A stretch of DNA of 49,203 nt from positions 1 through 49,203 of the forward strand of contig JBNKEN010000215.1 in the NCBI GenBank assembly GCA_050288805.1, read 5' to 3'. Origin of the DNA: Pseudoalteromonas sp. GTDB taxonomy: Bacteria; Pseudomonadota; Gammaproteobacteria; Enterobacterales; Alteromonadaceae. Below the pieces are notes generated by a model. That model was not told where the DNA came from. It saw only the letters and a program-made list of their open reading frames with translations, and did not search any database. Positions 24,906 through 36,947 of the stretch are shown here, piece after piece (position 1 is the stretch's first letter; each line of letters starts with the position of its first letter). Both the position numbers and the translations under genes were made by a program.

Positions 24906-26975
24906 CTATTTCTGTAAAACAGAAATATCTGCGACTTCAAGGAACAACGCCTGAAGCTGGCTAAGCAGGGTCAGGCGATTTTTCATCACCGCTTCGTCGT
25001 CAGCCATGACCATCACGTTGTCGAAGAAGCTGTCGACTGCTTCGCGGATACCGGCCAGTTCGGTCAGTGCCGTCTGGTAATAGCCTTCGGCATACAGAGG
25101 CGCCAGCGCGTGCTGGAACTTGGCTACTTTTTCGGCCAGCTCTTTCTCGGCTTCTTCCTGCAGCAACGCGTTGTTCAGCGCAACCTCACCCTCAAGCGGA
25201 TTCTTGGCGAGAATGTTGCCCACGCGCTTGTTGGCGGCGGCCAAGGCTTCGGCCTGCTCCAGGGTACGGAAGTGGCTTACGGCCTTAACGCGACGGTCGA
25301 AATCCATCGGCTGCGAAGGACGACGTGCCAGCACGGCCTGGATCACATCGGTTTCAATGCCTTCGTCCTGATACCAGGCGCGGAAACGGCCCAGCATAAA
25401 GTCGAATACATCATTGGCGACGTTTTCATTATCCAGCTTATCGCCGAACAGTTGTTGCGCCTTGGCAACGACAACATGAATATCCAGCGGCAGTTCTTTT
25501 TCCACCATGATGCGCAGCGCACCGATCGCTGCACGGCGCAGCGCAAACGGGTCTTTGTCGCCCTTAGGTGCCTGACCGATACCGAAAATACCGACCAAGG
25601 TATCGAATTTATCGGCAAGCGCGACCGCGCAGCTGATAGGGTTGGAGGGTAGCTCGTCACCGGCGAAGCGCGGCATATATTGCTCGTTTTGCGCCAATGC
25701 CACTTCTTCCGCCTCGCCGTCGTGACGGGCATAGTGCATTCCCATCACGCCCTGAACGTCGGTAAACTCCATGACCATTTCGGTCATCAGGTCGGTTTTG
25801 CTCAGCAGGCCCGCTCGCTCGGCCAGCGCCTTGTCGGCGCCCAGCTGTTCGGCGATAAAGCCGGCCAGCGCGGAAATACGCTCCGATTTGTCTTTCAGTG
25901 TGCCCAGTTTTTGCTGGAACAACACGCTTTCCAGCGAGGCCAGTCGGCTTTCCAGGGTTTTCTTCTTATCGGTTTCAAAGAAGAATTGCGCGTCGGCCAG
26001 ACGTGGACGAACCACCTTTTCGTTACCGGCGATAACAACCGACGGATCCTTGCTCTCAATATTCGAAACAAACAGGAATTTGTTCAGCAATTTGCCTTGC
26101 TTATCAAGCAGCGGGAAATACTTCTGGTCGTCCTTCATGGTGTAGATCAGGGCTTCTGCCGGCACCGCCAGGAAGGCCTCCTCAAAGCTCGCCGTCAGCG
26201 TGACCGGCCACTCGACCAGGGAGGTTACTTCTTCCAGCAGATCTTCATCCATGGCGACAACCGCATCTACCTTCGCAGCCGCAGCTTCAATCTGTTCGCG
26301 GATCATCGCCTTACGGGCTTCATAGTCGGCAATGACGTAGGCGGATTTTAGCACATCGAAAATCTCGTCGGCGTGTTTAACCGTGGTACGCTCAGGGTGG
26401 TGGAAACGATGGCCCTGCAGCTCGTTACCAACCTGCTTGCCCAGTACTTCACCGGCGATCAGATTAGCACCGAACAGAATAGTTACCGTATGAACCGGAC
26501 GAATGAACTGGGTTTTATGGGCGCCCCAACGCATCGGCTTAGGAATAGGCAATTTGGCCAACGCTCGATTTGCCGCTTCAGGCAGCACTGTCTCTACGGA
26601 TTCACCCGCAACCTCTGCACGGTGAATCAACCAGGCACCCTTGTCCGTTTCATAACGTTCGGCGTCGGCGACTTCGATACCACAACCGCGCGCCCAGCCC
26701 TCAGCAGCCTTTGTCGGGTTGCCATCGGCATCAAATGCGGCCTGAACGGCCGGACCGCGTTTTTCTACGATTTTATCCTGCTGTTTGGCATCCAGCTGCT
26801 GAACTCGCACACCGAGACGACGCGGTGAAGCGTACCAAGAAACGCCCTGGTGGTTTAAATCCAACGAGGCCAGCTCACCTTCGATATTGGCTGCGAAGGC
26901 CTCAGCAAGTTTTCTCAGCGATTTTGGCGGTAACTCTTCGGTACCGATTTCGATCAATAAATTTTCTTGAGACAT
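24906..26975 (-). CDS. glyS: Glycine-tRNA ligase beta subunit
   Basis: Motifs [26 protein letters not shown] and DPFALRR. Confidence 0.98.
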   Translation of the reverse strand: MSQENLLIEIGTEELPPKSLRKLAEAFAANIEGELASLDLNHQGVSWYASPRRLGVRVQQLDAKQQDKIVEKRGPAVQAAFDADGNPTKAAEGWARGCGIEVADAERYETDKGAWLIHRAEVAGESVETVLPEAANRALAKLPIPKPMRWGAHKTQFIRPVHTVTILFGANLIAGEVLGKQVGNELQGHRFHHPERTTVKHADEIFDVLKSAYVIADYEARKAMIREQIEAAAAKVDAVVAMDEDLLEEVTSLVEWPVTLTASFEEAFLAVPAEALIYTMKDDQKYFPLLDKQGKLLNKFLFVSNIESKDPSVVIAGNEKVVRPRLADAQFFFETDKKKTLESRLASLESVLFQQKLGTLKDKSERISALAGFIAEQLGADKALAERAGLLSKTDLMTEMVMEFTDVQGVMGMHYARHDGEAEEVALAQNEQYMPRFAGDELPSNPISCAVALADKFDTLVGIFGIGQAPKGDKDPFALRRAAIGALRIMVEKELPLDIHVVVAKAQQLFGDKLDNENVANDVFDFMLGRFRAWYQDEGIETDVIQAVLARRPSQPMDFDRRVKAVSHFRTLEQAEALAAANKRVGNILAKNPLEGEVALNNALLQEEAEKELAEKVAKFQHALAPLYAEGYYQTALTELAGIREAVDSFFDNVMVMADDEAVMKNRLTLLSQLQALFLEVADISVLQK

Positions 26976-26978
26976 GCC

Positions 26979-27878
26979 TTAATCCTTACAAAGCGGGAAA
27001 CCCAGCGCTTCACGCGCCGCATAATAACTCTCGGCACACGCCTTAGACAGGGCACGCACCCGCAGGATATAGCGCTGACGCTCGGTAACCGAAATGGCGT
27101 GACGGGCGTCCAGCAGGTTAAAGGCATGAGATGCCTTCATCACCCGCTCATAGGCAGGTAACGGCAAACCCGCTTCGATCAATTTCTGGCTTTCTGCTTC
27201 ACACTGGTCGAACTGGGCAAACAGGGCATCCACATCCGCATGTTCGAAGTTGTAGGCGGATTGTTCCACCTCGTTCTGGTGGAATACGTCCCCATAGGTA
27301 ACGCGGCCCATGGGCCCGTCTGTCCACACCAGATCGTAAATACTGTCTACGCCCTGAATGTACATGGCCAGACGCTCGAGGCCGTAGGTAATTTCGCCCG
27401 TCACCGGTGAACACTCAAGACCGCCAACCTGCTGGAAGTAGGTAAACTGCGTCACTTCCATACCGTTAAGCCATACTTCCCAACCCAGGCCCCAGGCACC
27501 AAGTGTTGGTGATTCCCAGTTATCTTCAACAAAGCGCACCTCGTTGGTCAGGGTATCAAGGCCCATGGCAGCCAAAGAACCCAGATACAGCTCCTGGATA
27601 TTATCCGGAGACGGCTTTAACACCACCTGAAACTGGTAGTAATGCTGCAAACGGTTCGGGTTTTCACCATAACGACCATCGGTCGGACGGCGGCAGGGTT
27701 GTACGTATGCGCTCGACATCGGCTCCGGACCAATCGATTTCAAAAAGGTCATCGGATGAAAGGTACCGGCTCCCACTTCCATATCCAGTGGTTGCGCAAT
27801 GACACAGCCTTGCTGTGCCCAATAATCCTGTAAAGCCAGGATCAAACCTTGAAAGGTTTTTACATCATATTTTTGCAT
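26979..27878 (-). CDS. glyQ: Glycine-tRNA ligase alpha subunit
   Basis: Motifs [27 protein letters not shown] and EITYGLERL. Confidence 0.98.
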   Translation of the reverse strand: MQKYDVKTFQGLILALQDYWAQQGCVIAQPLDMEVGAGTFHPMTFLKSIGPEPMSSAYVQPCRRPTDGRYGENPNRLQHYYQFQVVLKPSPDNIQELYLGSLAAMGLDTLTNEVRFVEDNWESPTLGAWGLGWEVWLNGMEVTQFTYFQQVGGLECSPVTGEITYGLERLAMYIQGVDSIYDLVWTDGPMGRVTYGDVFHQNEVEQSAYNFEHADVDALFAQFDQCEAESQKLIEAGLPLPAYERVMKASHAFNLLDARHAISVTERQRYILRVRALSKACAESYYAAREALGFPLCKD

Positions 27879-27928
27879 ATTGGCTTTATTAACTATCTGG
27901 TGCGTTTTTAGTTTGAAAATTGTTCCGT

Positions 27929-27957
27929 AGTATACCTTGTGACAAGGCAGGTTTTAA
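27929..27957 (-). promoter_or_regulatory. Putative sigma70 promoter of glyQS
   Basis: Minus strand TTAAAA-17 bp-TATACT. Confidence 0.5.
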
Positions 27958-28155
27958 GCAGTTTATGGCCCTGAAGCGCATAATGGTGGAGGAGTTCATG
28001 ATTTTTTCCAGCCGAAAAGACCCCACAATATAAGTGCATCACCGAACAATAAAACCCATATGCCCGTTATGTATTCACAATAGGGCAAACAGGTCTGAGG
28101 TGTTTACTTTTTACTCAATCCGGTTTGACTTTTCCCGGATTAAGAACAAGGATTG

Positions 28156-28183
28156 TTTACAATGCATTTACATTGCATTTACA
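28156..28183 (+). repeat. Three TTTACA direct repeats at 11-bp period upstream of the subtilase
   Basis: TTTACAATGCA TTTACATTGCA TTTACA. Confidence 0.75.
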
Positions 28184-28211
28184 CAAATTATAACCGGATA
28201 AGGAAAAGAAA

Positions 28212-29354
28212 ATGAAAAAAGCATTATTGCCCTTCTCAATTGCGTTGGCCTTGACAGGGATCGCTGCCCAGGCTGATGAGGCAAGTTTCAATGGCGCGGC
28301 TCTTGAGTTTCAAATAAACAACAGCTGTATCGTACGCTTCGATGATTCTGTGTCTAAATTCGACGTTGAGGGTAAAGCACGTGGTATGGTAGCACGCGCG
28401 CAGGCTCAAGCGAAATTCATTTACAAACACGCCATTAAAGGTATGACCGTAGACATGAGCTGCGAACAGGCGAAATCTGCCTTTGCATCCGAAGCCGGCA
28501 TCATGCGATTCACTCCTGATGGCATGGCTTACGCAAACAACACAGCAGCCAAAGGAAAACCCGGTGGTGGCAGCAGCCAAACACAAAGTACACCTTGGAG
28601 CGTAACCCGTGTCGGCGGCCCCGTTGACGGAACGGGCTACACGGCATGGGTCATAGATACCGGGATCGATCTTGCGAACGCTGACCTTAACGTGGACACA
28701 AGCCGCGGCTTTTCCGCTTTTACCTCTGGCCGCAATGCGGGTATGGATGACGGTCATGGCCACGGCACCCACGTAGCCGGTACCATAGCCGCTATTGACA
28801 ACGGCATCGATGTTGTCGGCGTCGCCGCCGGCACCACCGTAGTTCCAGTCAAGGTGCTTGATGCCCGAGGTTCAGGAACCTGGTCTGGCGTACTTGCCGG
28901 CATAGATCACGTCGCAGCCAATGCCAACTCAGGCGACTGTGCGAACATGAGCTTAGGTGGTGGTTTCAACCAGGAACTCAATGATGCCGTATCGAATGCA
29001 GCTCAGCAATCGGGCGCCTTCTTTGTTGTTGCTGCGGGTAACGAAAGTCAAAATGCATTGAATGTTTCACCCGCCAGCGCTTCAGGAAACCGCGTTTTCA
29101 CTATTTCAGCCATCGACTCCAATGACAACTTCGCCAGTTTTTCTAACTACGGCAATCCACCCGTCGATTACGCAGCGCCCGGCGTAAGCATAGTCTCGCT
29201 TAAGCGAGGTGGCGGCACGACCATTATGTCAGGTACTTCAATGGCCTCACCTGCTGCCTGTGCCGTTATTATGATGAGAAACGGTAATCCGTCTACCGAT
29301 GGCGTCGCCAACGGCGATCCCGACGGCAATGCGGACCCTATAGTTCATCTGTAA
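28212..29354 (+). CDS. Secreted S8 family (subtilisin-like) serine protease with propeptide
   Basis: Signal peptide, I9-like prodomain, catalytic IDTG / HGTHVAG / GTSMASP, and oxyanion AAGN. Confidence 0.93.
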   Translation: MKKALLPFSIALALTGIAAQADEASFNGAALEFQINNSCIVRFDDSVSKFDVEGKARGMVARAQAQAKFIYKHAIKGMTVDMSCEQAKSAFASEAGIMRFTPDGMAYANNTAAKGKPGGGSSQTQSTPWSVTRVGGPVDGTGYTAWVIDTGIDLANADLNVDTSRGFSAFTSGRNAGMDDGHGHGTHVAGTIAAIDNGIDVVGVAAGTTVVPVKVLDARGSGTWSGVLAGIDHVAANANSGDCANMSLGGGFNQELNDAVSNAAQQSGAFFVVAAGNESQNALNVSPASASGNRVFTISAIDSNDNFASFSNYGNPPVDYAAPGVSIVSLKRGGGTTIMSGTSMASPAACAVIMMRNGNPSTDGVANGDPDGNADPIVHL

Positions 29355-29371
29355 TCGGCGCATCACCCATA

Positions 29372-29431
29372 TGCCCCGAGGTAATTACCGGGGCAATAAA
29401 AAAAGCACAGACATTGAAATCTGTGCTTTTT
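29372..29431. terminator. Tandem hairpins / bidirectional terminator between the subtilase and gyrB
   Basis: TGCCCCG...CGGGGCA followed by AAAAGCACAGA...TCTGTGCTTTT. Confidence 0.8.
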
Positions 29432-29455
29432 ATATTTGGTTTACTCTTGGATAAA

Positions 29456-31885
<2,430 letters not shown>

Positions 31886-32986
31886 TTATTCCATTTCTCT
31901 TGTTATCAGTTCGCCATGTTTCACGTGGAACATTTCTATTTTTCGTTGCATTTGTTCCACCACGGCAGAAATACTCTCGGACTGAATCGTAGTGATAAAA
32001 ATCTGAGAACGGCATTGACTCAACAGCCTACCTACCTGTTCTCGAGTGTCCTCACTCAGTTCCGAAGGTAAATCATCAATTAACAAAATCGACTGCTTGT
32101 CGGTTTCGTTTTCAATCAGATTATTTTGCGTAATCTTGAGAGCATACAGTAATAACTTTAACTGCCCTCGAGAAAACCTGTCTTCCACACCACTTCCATC
32201 GATCAGGAAATTGATGTCCGCCTTATGCGGTCCCTTAGTGGTATAGCCCAGCTTACTGTCTCGCTCGACGCTTTGCTCGAGTTCAAGCGCTAAAGACTCG
32301 CCTTTCCAACCTGGATTGAATCTTGCCTCAATTTGTTTAACCAAGGGCAAGTCTGCACACATTTTATCAAAAAACTCGTCTTTAAACCTATCTATATAAG
32401 CAACACGAAGGCGATTAATGTGTTCTGCCAGTCTAACAAATTCTTTGTCCCAAAGCCGTATTTGTTGGAAATAATTTGCTGGCTTTGTACGCAATAAGGC
32501 GTTCCTTTGCTTGAGTACCTTGTTAAAACTTTGCCAAAGCAAAAAGAATTCATGTTCCACGTGGAACAACCCCAAATCTAAAAACCTCCGCCGCTCTTTG
32601 GGTCCGCCAAAAAAAAGGGAATAGCTCTCTGGGGTAATGACTTGAACGGGTAACAACTGTGCCAATTCGGAAATACGCCGACTGCTTTTTCCTTGAATCT
32701 TAAGTTGCGTTTCACCGCCTTGGCTTTTTGAGATACCGAGTGGGATAGTAAGGTTCTGGACTTGCTTTTTACCATGAATGACAAAGTCCGGGCGCTGATG
32801 CTGAATAATATTTTTATGTTTATTCGTACGAAATGAACGCCCATGGGAAAGGTAGTAGATAGCTTCCAGCAGGCTGGTTTTCCCACTACCGTTCTCGCCA
32901 AAAATAACATTGACCCCGTCGACAGGGGCCAAGGTAATGGCCTCAATATTGCGGAACTGCTTGAGGCTTAACTGGATAAGACTCAT
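31886..32986 (-). CDS. recF: DNA replication/repair protein RecF
   Basis: Walker A GENGSGKT, SRGQ, LLIDD; between dnaN and gyrB. Confidence 0.97.
   Translation of the reverse strand: MSLIQLSLKQFRNIEAITLAPVDGVNVIFGENGSGKTSLLEAIYYLSHGRSFRTNKHKNIIQHQRPDFVIHGKKQVQNLTIPLGISKSQGGETQLKIQGKSSRRISELAQLLPVQVITPESYSLFFGGPKERRRFLDLGLFHVEHEFFLLWQSFNKVLKQRNALLRTKPANYFQQIRLWDKEFVRLAEHINRLRVAYIDRFKDEFFDKMCADLPLVKQIEARFNPGWKGESLALELEQSVERDSKLGYTTKGPHKADINFLIDGSGVEDRFSRGQLKLLLYALKITQNNLIENETDKQSILLIDDLPSELSEDTREQVGRLLSQCRSQIFITTIQSESISAVVEQMQRKIEMFHVKHGELITREME
31917..31932. other. parS centromere-like site
   Basis: TGTTTCACGTGGAACA matches the parS consensus TGTTNCACGTGAAACA. Confidence 0.9.
32553..32568. 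other. parS centromere-like site
   Basis: Perfect palindrome TGTTCCACGTGGAACA. Confidence 0.9.
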
Positions 32987-32992
32987 GCAGTC

Positions 32993-34096
32993 CTATAATC
33001 GCATGGGCATAACGACGTACATGGCTTCCCCATCCCCGGTACCCTCAACCAAGGCACTGCTGTTTGAATCAGCTAAGGTGATAGTGACGTCTTCCGTACG
33101 CAAGGTATTGAGCACATCAAGAAGATAAGAGACGTTAAAGCCAATCTCCAGGGGATCGCCCTGATACATTACTTCAACAACCTCTTCAGCCTGCTCCTGC
33201 TCCGGGTTGTTTGCGGTGATTTTTAACATACCGTTAGACAGATTCAACCGCACGCCGCGGAACTTCTCATTGGAAAGAATAGAAACTCGGTTGAATGCGC
33301 TTCGCAACCAGTCGCGGTTTGCGGTCACTATTTTATCTCCGCCGCGCGGAAGCACTCGTCGATAATCGGGGAAACGCCCGTCGACCAGTTTACTGGTGAA
33401 GGTAAATTCCTTATCGAGAATACGTATATGGTTGGTGCCGAACTGGACCGTAACGGGTTCATCATCGGCAACCATCAAACGCATGATCTCCTGAACCCCT
33501 TTACGAGGGATGATCAGCTGACGCTGCGTATTTAACGAAACGGGTAATTGCTTTTGTGCCAGGGCAAGACGGTGCCCGTCGGTAGCGACCGTTTTAATTT
33601 CGCTGTTGTCCACCTCGAAAGACATACCGTTAAGGTAGTAACGAACATCTTGATTCGCCATAGAAAAATGGGTGCTTTCAAGAAGTTTACGCAATTCGAG
33701 ACGACTTATCTGAAACTCAACCTCGCCTTCCCACTGCTCAAGATTGGGAAAGTCCTCGGCCGCCAAAGAGGCCAACGAAAAACGGCTTTTACCGCTGGTC
33801 AACAACACCTGGTGATCTTGGGTAGACAGAGTAATTTCGCTGCCGTCAGGAAGACTTTTACAAATATCCAACAGCTTTTTGGCTGGTAACGTCAGCTTAC
33901 TGTCCGGGATATCTTGCTGCAAATCCACCGAGGCAACGAGTTCAATCTCAAGATCCGTGCCCGTCATAGATAATTTGCCGTTATCCACTTCCAACAAGAC
34001 ATTGGAGAGAATTGGCAGAGTATGCTTACGCTCGATTGCGCCGGATACCTGCACAAGCGGCTTTAGAAACTGATCTCTTGATATTGTTATTTGCAT
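32993..34096 (-). CDS. dnaN: DNA polymerase III beta sliding clamp
   Basis: Motifs TLPILSN, GTDLE, ATDGHRL, GRFPDY and VVMPMRL. Confidence 0.98.
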   Translation of the reverse strand: MQITISRDQFLKPLVQVSGAIERKHTLPILSNVLLEVDNGKLSMTGTDLEIELVASVDLQQDIPDSKLTLPAKKLLDICKSLPDGSEITLSTQDHQVLLTSGKSRFSLASLAAEDFPNLEQWEGEVEFQISRLELRKLLESTHFSMANQDVRYYLNGMSFEVDNSEIKTVATDGHRLALAQKQLPVSLNTQRQLIIPRKGVQEIMRLMVADDEPVTVQFGTNHIRILDKEFTFTSKLVDGRFPDYRRVLPRGGDKIVTANRDWLRSAFNRVSILSNEKFRGVRLNLSNGMLKITANNPEQEQAEEVVEVMYQGDPLEIGFNVSYLLDVLNTLRTEDVTITLADSNSSALVEGTGDGEAMYVVMPMRL

Positions 34097-34109
34097 AAAA
34101 AGTCAGTCC

Positions 34110-35495
34110 TTACGATGACAAGGTTCTAATCAGGTTTTGATAGTCTTCTTTTACTTCATGGCTCTCATCACGCAGGGCCTTTACCTTGCGGCATGCATGA
34201 AGAACCGTGGTATGGTCACGCCCGCCGAAAGCATCGCCAATTTCGGGCAGACTGTGGTTGGTCAATTCCTTAGACAAAGCCATGGCAACCTGCCTGGGTC
34301 GCGCGACAGAGCGACTGCGGCGCTTAGAAAGCAGATCGGAAACCCGTATGCGATAATACTCGGCAACTGTACGTTGAATATTGTCAATCGTTACCAACTT
34401 ATCCTGCAGGGCCAACAGATCCCTGAGCGCTTCCTTAACGAAATCGATAGAAATGGGACGCCCGGTGAAGTTAGCGTTCGCTATCACCCTATTAAGTGCA
34501 CCTTCAAGCTCACGAACATTTGAGCGAAGCTTTTTAGCAATAAAAAAGGCGACTTCATGAGGCAGGTTAATGTTACTTTGCTGCGCCTTCTTCATCAGGA
34601 TTGCAACCCGGGTTTCAAGTTCCGGAGGCTCGATCGCGATCGTCAATCCCCAACCAAAACGTGACTTCAACCTGTCCTCTACCCCCTCAATTTCCTTGGG
34701 GTAACGATCCGAGGTAAGAATGATCTGCTGATTACCTTCAAGTAAGGCGTTAAAGGTATGAAAAAACTCTTCCTGGGAGCGCTCTTTATTGGCAAAAAAC
34801 TGAATATCATCAATCAGTAAGGCATCAACACTACGGTAATGGCGTTTAAATTCTTCAATAGCATTGTTCTGAAGCGCCTTAACCATATCCTGAACAAAGC
34901 GTTCCGAATGCATATAGACGATCTTGGCATTCTCTTTTTTTGCCAGAATCCCGTTACCTACGGCATGAAGCAAATGGGTTTTACCCAAACCGGTTCCGCC
35001 ATAAATAAAAACGGGGTTAAATGCAGAGCCTGGATTGTCTGCGACTTGTGTTGCGGCGGCCTTGGCTAACTGATTGGACTTACCCTCGACAAAATTGTCA
35101 AAGGTATAGTTTTCCTTAATATTCGATTTATGCATCGACTTGGGGGCTGGCTCTACGGGCACGGGTATCGGCTGAGCCTTGGCCACTGCACTTTGGACGG
35201 TTGTGCCGGACATTTCGTCAGAGAAAGAGCTCGCTGACGATTGAACCACGGGCTTACTGCCGACATCAAAGCGAAGTTCGGGTGCCTCGTCACCACAGAT
35301 TTCAACGAGCAATTCATTGATTCTGTTTAAGTATTTTTCTCTTACCCAATCGAGTACAAAACGATTTGGAGCATAAATGGTCAATGTATCTTCGGTGCTT
35401 TCGGCCTGTAAGGGTCTTACCCACATACTGAACTGCTGAGAAGGCAGCTCATCCTGAAGCACATACAAACAACTTTGCCAGACCGACAGATACAC
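34110..35495 (-). CDS. dnaA: Chromosomal replication initiator DnaA
   Basis: Motifs [28 protein letters not shown] and GGRDHTTV. Confidence 0.99.
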   Translation of the reverse strand: MYLSVWQSCLYVLQDELPSQQFSMWVRPLQAESTEDTLTIYAPNRFVLDWVREKYLNRINELLVEICGDEAPELRFDVGSKPVVQSSASSFSDEMSGTTVQSAVAKAQPIPVPVEPAPKSMHKSNIKENYTFDNFVEGKSNQLAKAAATQVADNPGSAFNPVFIYGGTGLGKTHLLHAVGNGILAKKENAKIVYMHSERFVQDMVKALQNNAIEEFKRHYRSVDALLIDDIQFFANKERSQEEFFHTFNALLEGNQQIILTSDRYPKEIEGVEDRLKSRFGWGLTIAIEPPELETRVAILMKKAQQSNINLPHEVAFFIAKKLRSNVRELEGALNRVIANANFTGRPISIDFVKEALRDLLALQDKLVTIDNIQRTVAEYYRIRVSDLLSKRRSRSVARPRQVAMALSKELTNHSLPEIGDAFGGRDHTTVLHACRKVKALRDESHEVKEDYQNLIRTLSS

Positions 35496-35613
35496 TGTTA
35501 ACTCCCAAATGAAAAATCCGGATACCCGGTCACCAAAATAGTGAAAAATCCCAGTAAAAATAGCTATTTTTTGCGCGTTCTGGGCGCAAAAGGGATACCA
35601 TTATGAATGCAGT

Positions 35614-35856
35614 TTATCCACAACTTCAATATTGATTTTTTTTTAATTTGTGCTCTTACTCTAAATGATAACTAACATACTGAAATTAAAATGTTTTTAT
35701 TTTGCGATCCGGGTCAGGATCCAATCGGGATAAGGGCGGGATCGGGCCGATAAAAAGGGATCCTTCGGACTTTTCCAGAGCATTTATGCACTTTTTAAAC
35801 AATCGCTGTGGAAAACTATGTCTAAAGTTAGGATCCATCAGATCCTAACAAAGATC
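35614..35856. promoter_or_regulatory. dnaA regulatory region with DnaA boxes and a GATC cluster
   Basis: TTATCCACA at 35614-35622, TGTGGAAAA at 35807-35815, and seven GATC between 35706 and 35856. Confidence 0.8.
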
Positions 35857-35893
35857 TAGGTAACAATATTTACCCGTGCGGCGCTTTTTATTA

Positions 35894-35922
35894 TTGACTT
35901 TAAGGGGGCCTATCTATAATAT
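35894..35922 (+). promoter_or_regulatory. Putative rpmH promoter
   Basis: TTGACT followed by TATAAT (15-bp spacer) or the overlapping TAATAT (17-bp spacer), then a GC-rich discriminator. Confidence 0.55.
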
Positions 35923-36002
35923 CTCGCGCTCGCAATGGCACCTGTGCCAGGATCGCGACCTGCATAGGATGTTTTAACCTTAACCGATCGGATGGAATTG
36001 TT

Positions 36003-36137
36003 ATGAAAAGAACTTTTCAACCTAGCGTACTAAAGCGCAAGCGTACTCACGGTTTCCGTGCACGCATGGCAACTGCGAACGGCCGTAAAGTACTGGCTCG
36101 TCGTCGTGCTAAAGGCCGTAAAGTACTTTCTGCTTAA
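36003..36137 (+). CDS. rpmH: 50S ribosomal protein L34 (missing from the ORF track)
   Basis: Translates to [44 protein letters not shown]. Confidence 0.98.
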   Translation: MKRTFQPSVLKRKRTHGFRARMATANGRKVLARRRAKGRKVLSA

Positions 36138-36144
36138 TATATAA

Positions 36145-36561
36145 GTGGAAGACTTTCGCTTCAGCAGGGAGTTACGTCTGTTAACTCCCTCGCATTACTC
36201 CCGCATATTTAATGAACCTGCTCGCGCAGCAACTCCCTACTTTACCTTACTAGCAAAACCAAACGACTTAACTCACCCGCGTCTCGGTTTAACCATTGCC
36301 AAAAAACGTGTTAAAAAAGCATGTCAGCGCAACCGTATTAAACGACTCGCACGGGAAAGCTTCCGTTTAAACCAGCATAAGATGGACAACATAGACATAG
36401 TGCTGATGGTGAAAAGCGGTATCGATGAGCTTCCCAACGAAGAACTGAGTAAGCAACTCGGTAAGCTATGGCGCAAAATTAACGAACGCTGCAAACCCGG
36501 CGCCGCTAAGCCTCGCCCTCATTACAAGAAACCGAAAAAAGCGCCCGTAAAAGGCCAATAA
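36145..36561 (+). CDS. rnpA: RNase P protein component
   Basis: FSRELRLL, RLGLTIAKK and the RNR motif (QRNRIKRLARESFR). Confidence 0.96.
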   Translation: MEDFRFSRELRLLTPSHYSRIFNEPARAATPYFTLLAKPNDLTHPRLGLTIAKKRVKKACQRNRIKRLARESFRLNQHKMDNIDIVLMVKSGIDELPNEELSKQLGKLWRKINERCKPGAAKPRPHYKKPKKAPVKGQ

Positions 36562-36663
36562 GCCGGATATCGATAGAATTAGCGCCTTAATTAAGGTATC
36601 GTTAGCTCACCTTTTAATCATGCTATTTAGCGGCAAGCAACGCCGTTAATTTGGGTATTAACA

Positions 36664-36939
36664 ATGAGTCTGATAAAACATCTTTTTGATATACCCAAAC
36701 GCGCTCTGTTGTTATTGATCCGAGGCTACCAATTGTGGATAAGCCCGCTTCTCGGTCCGCACTGTCGCTTTAATCCAACCTGTTCCAGCTACGCAATTCA
36801 GGCAATTAATTTGCACGGAGTCGTGATTGGGAGTTGGTTAGCATTGAAACGCATATTAAAATGTCACCCTTTAAGCGCGGGCGGCGACGATCCCGTGCCA
36901 AACAAGAAAGTTAACATCAACCACCAACACGAGAAATAA
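36664..36939 (+). CDS. yidD: Membrane protein insertion efficiency factor
   Basis: [23 protein letters not shown]...RILKCHP...GGDDPVP. Confidence 0.94.
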   Translation: MSLIKHLFDIPKRALLLLIRGYQLWISPLLGPHCRFNPTCSSYAIQAINLHGVVIGSWLALKRILKCHPLSAGGDDPVPNKKVNINHQHEK

Positions 36940-36947
36940 GAGCTGTT

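Noticed and set aside
31953-31968. Third parS-like sequence TGTTCCACCACGGCAG
   Set aside because: Only one half-site matches.
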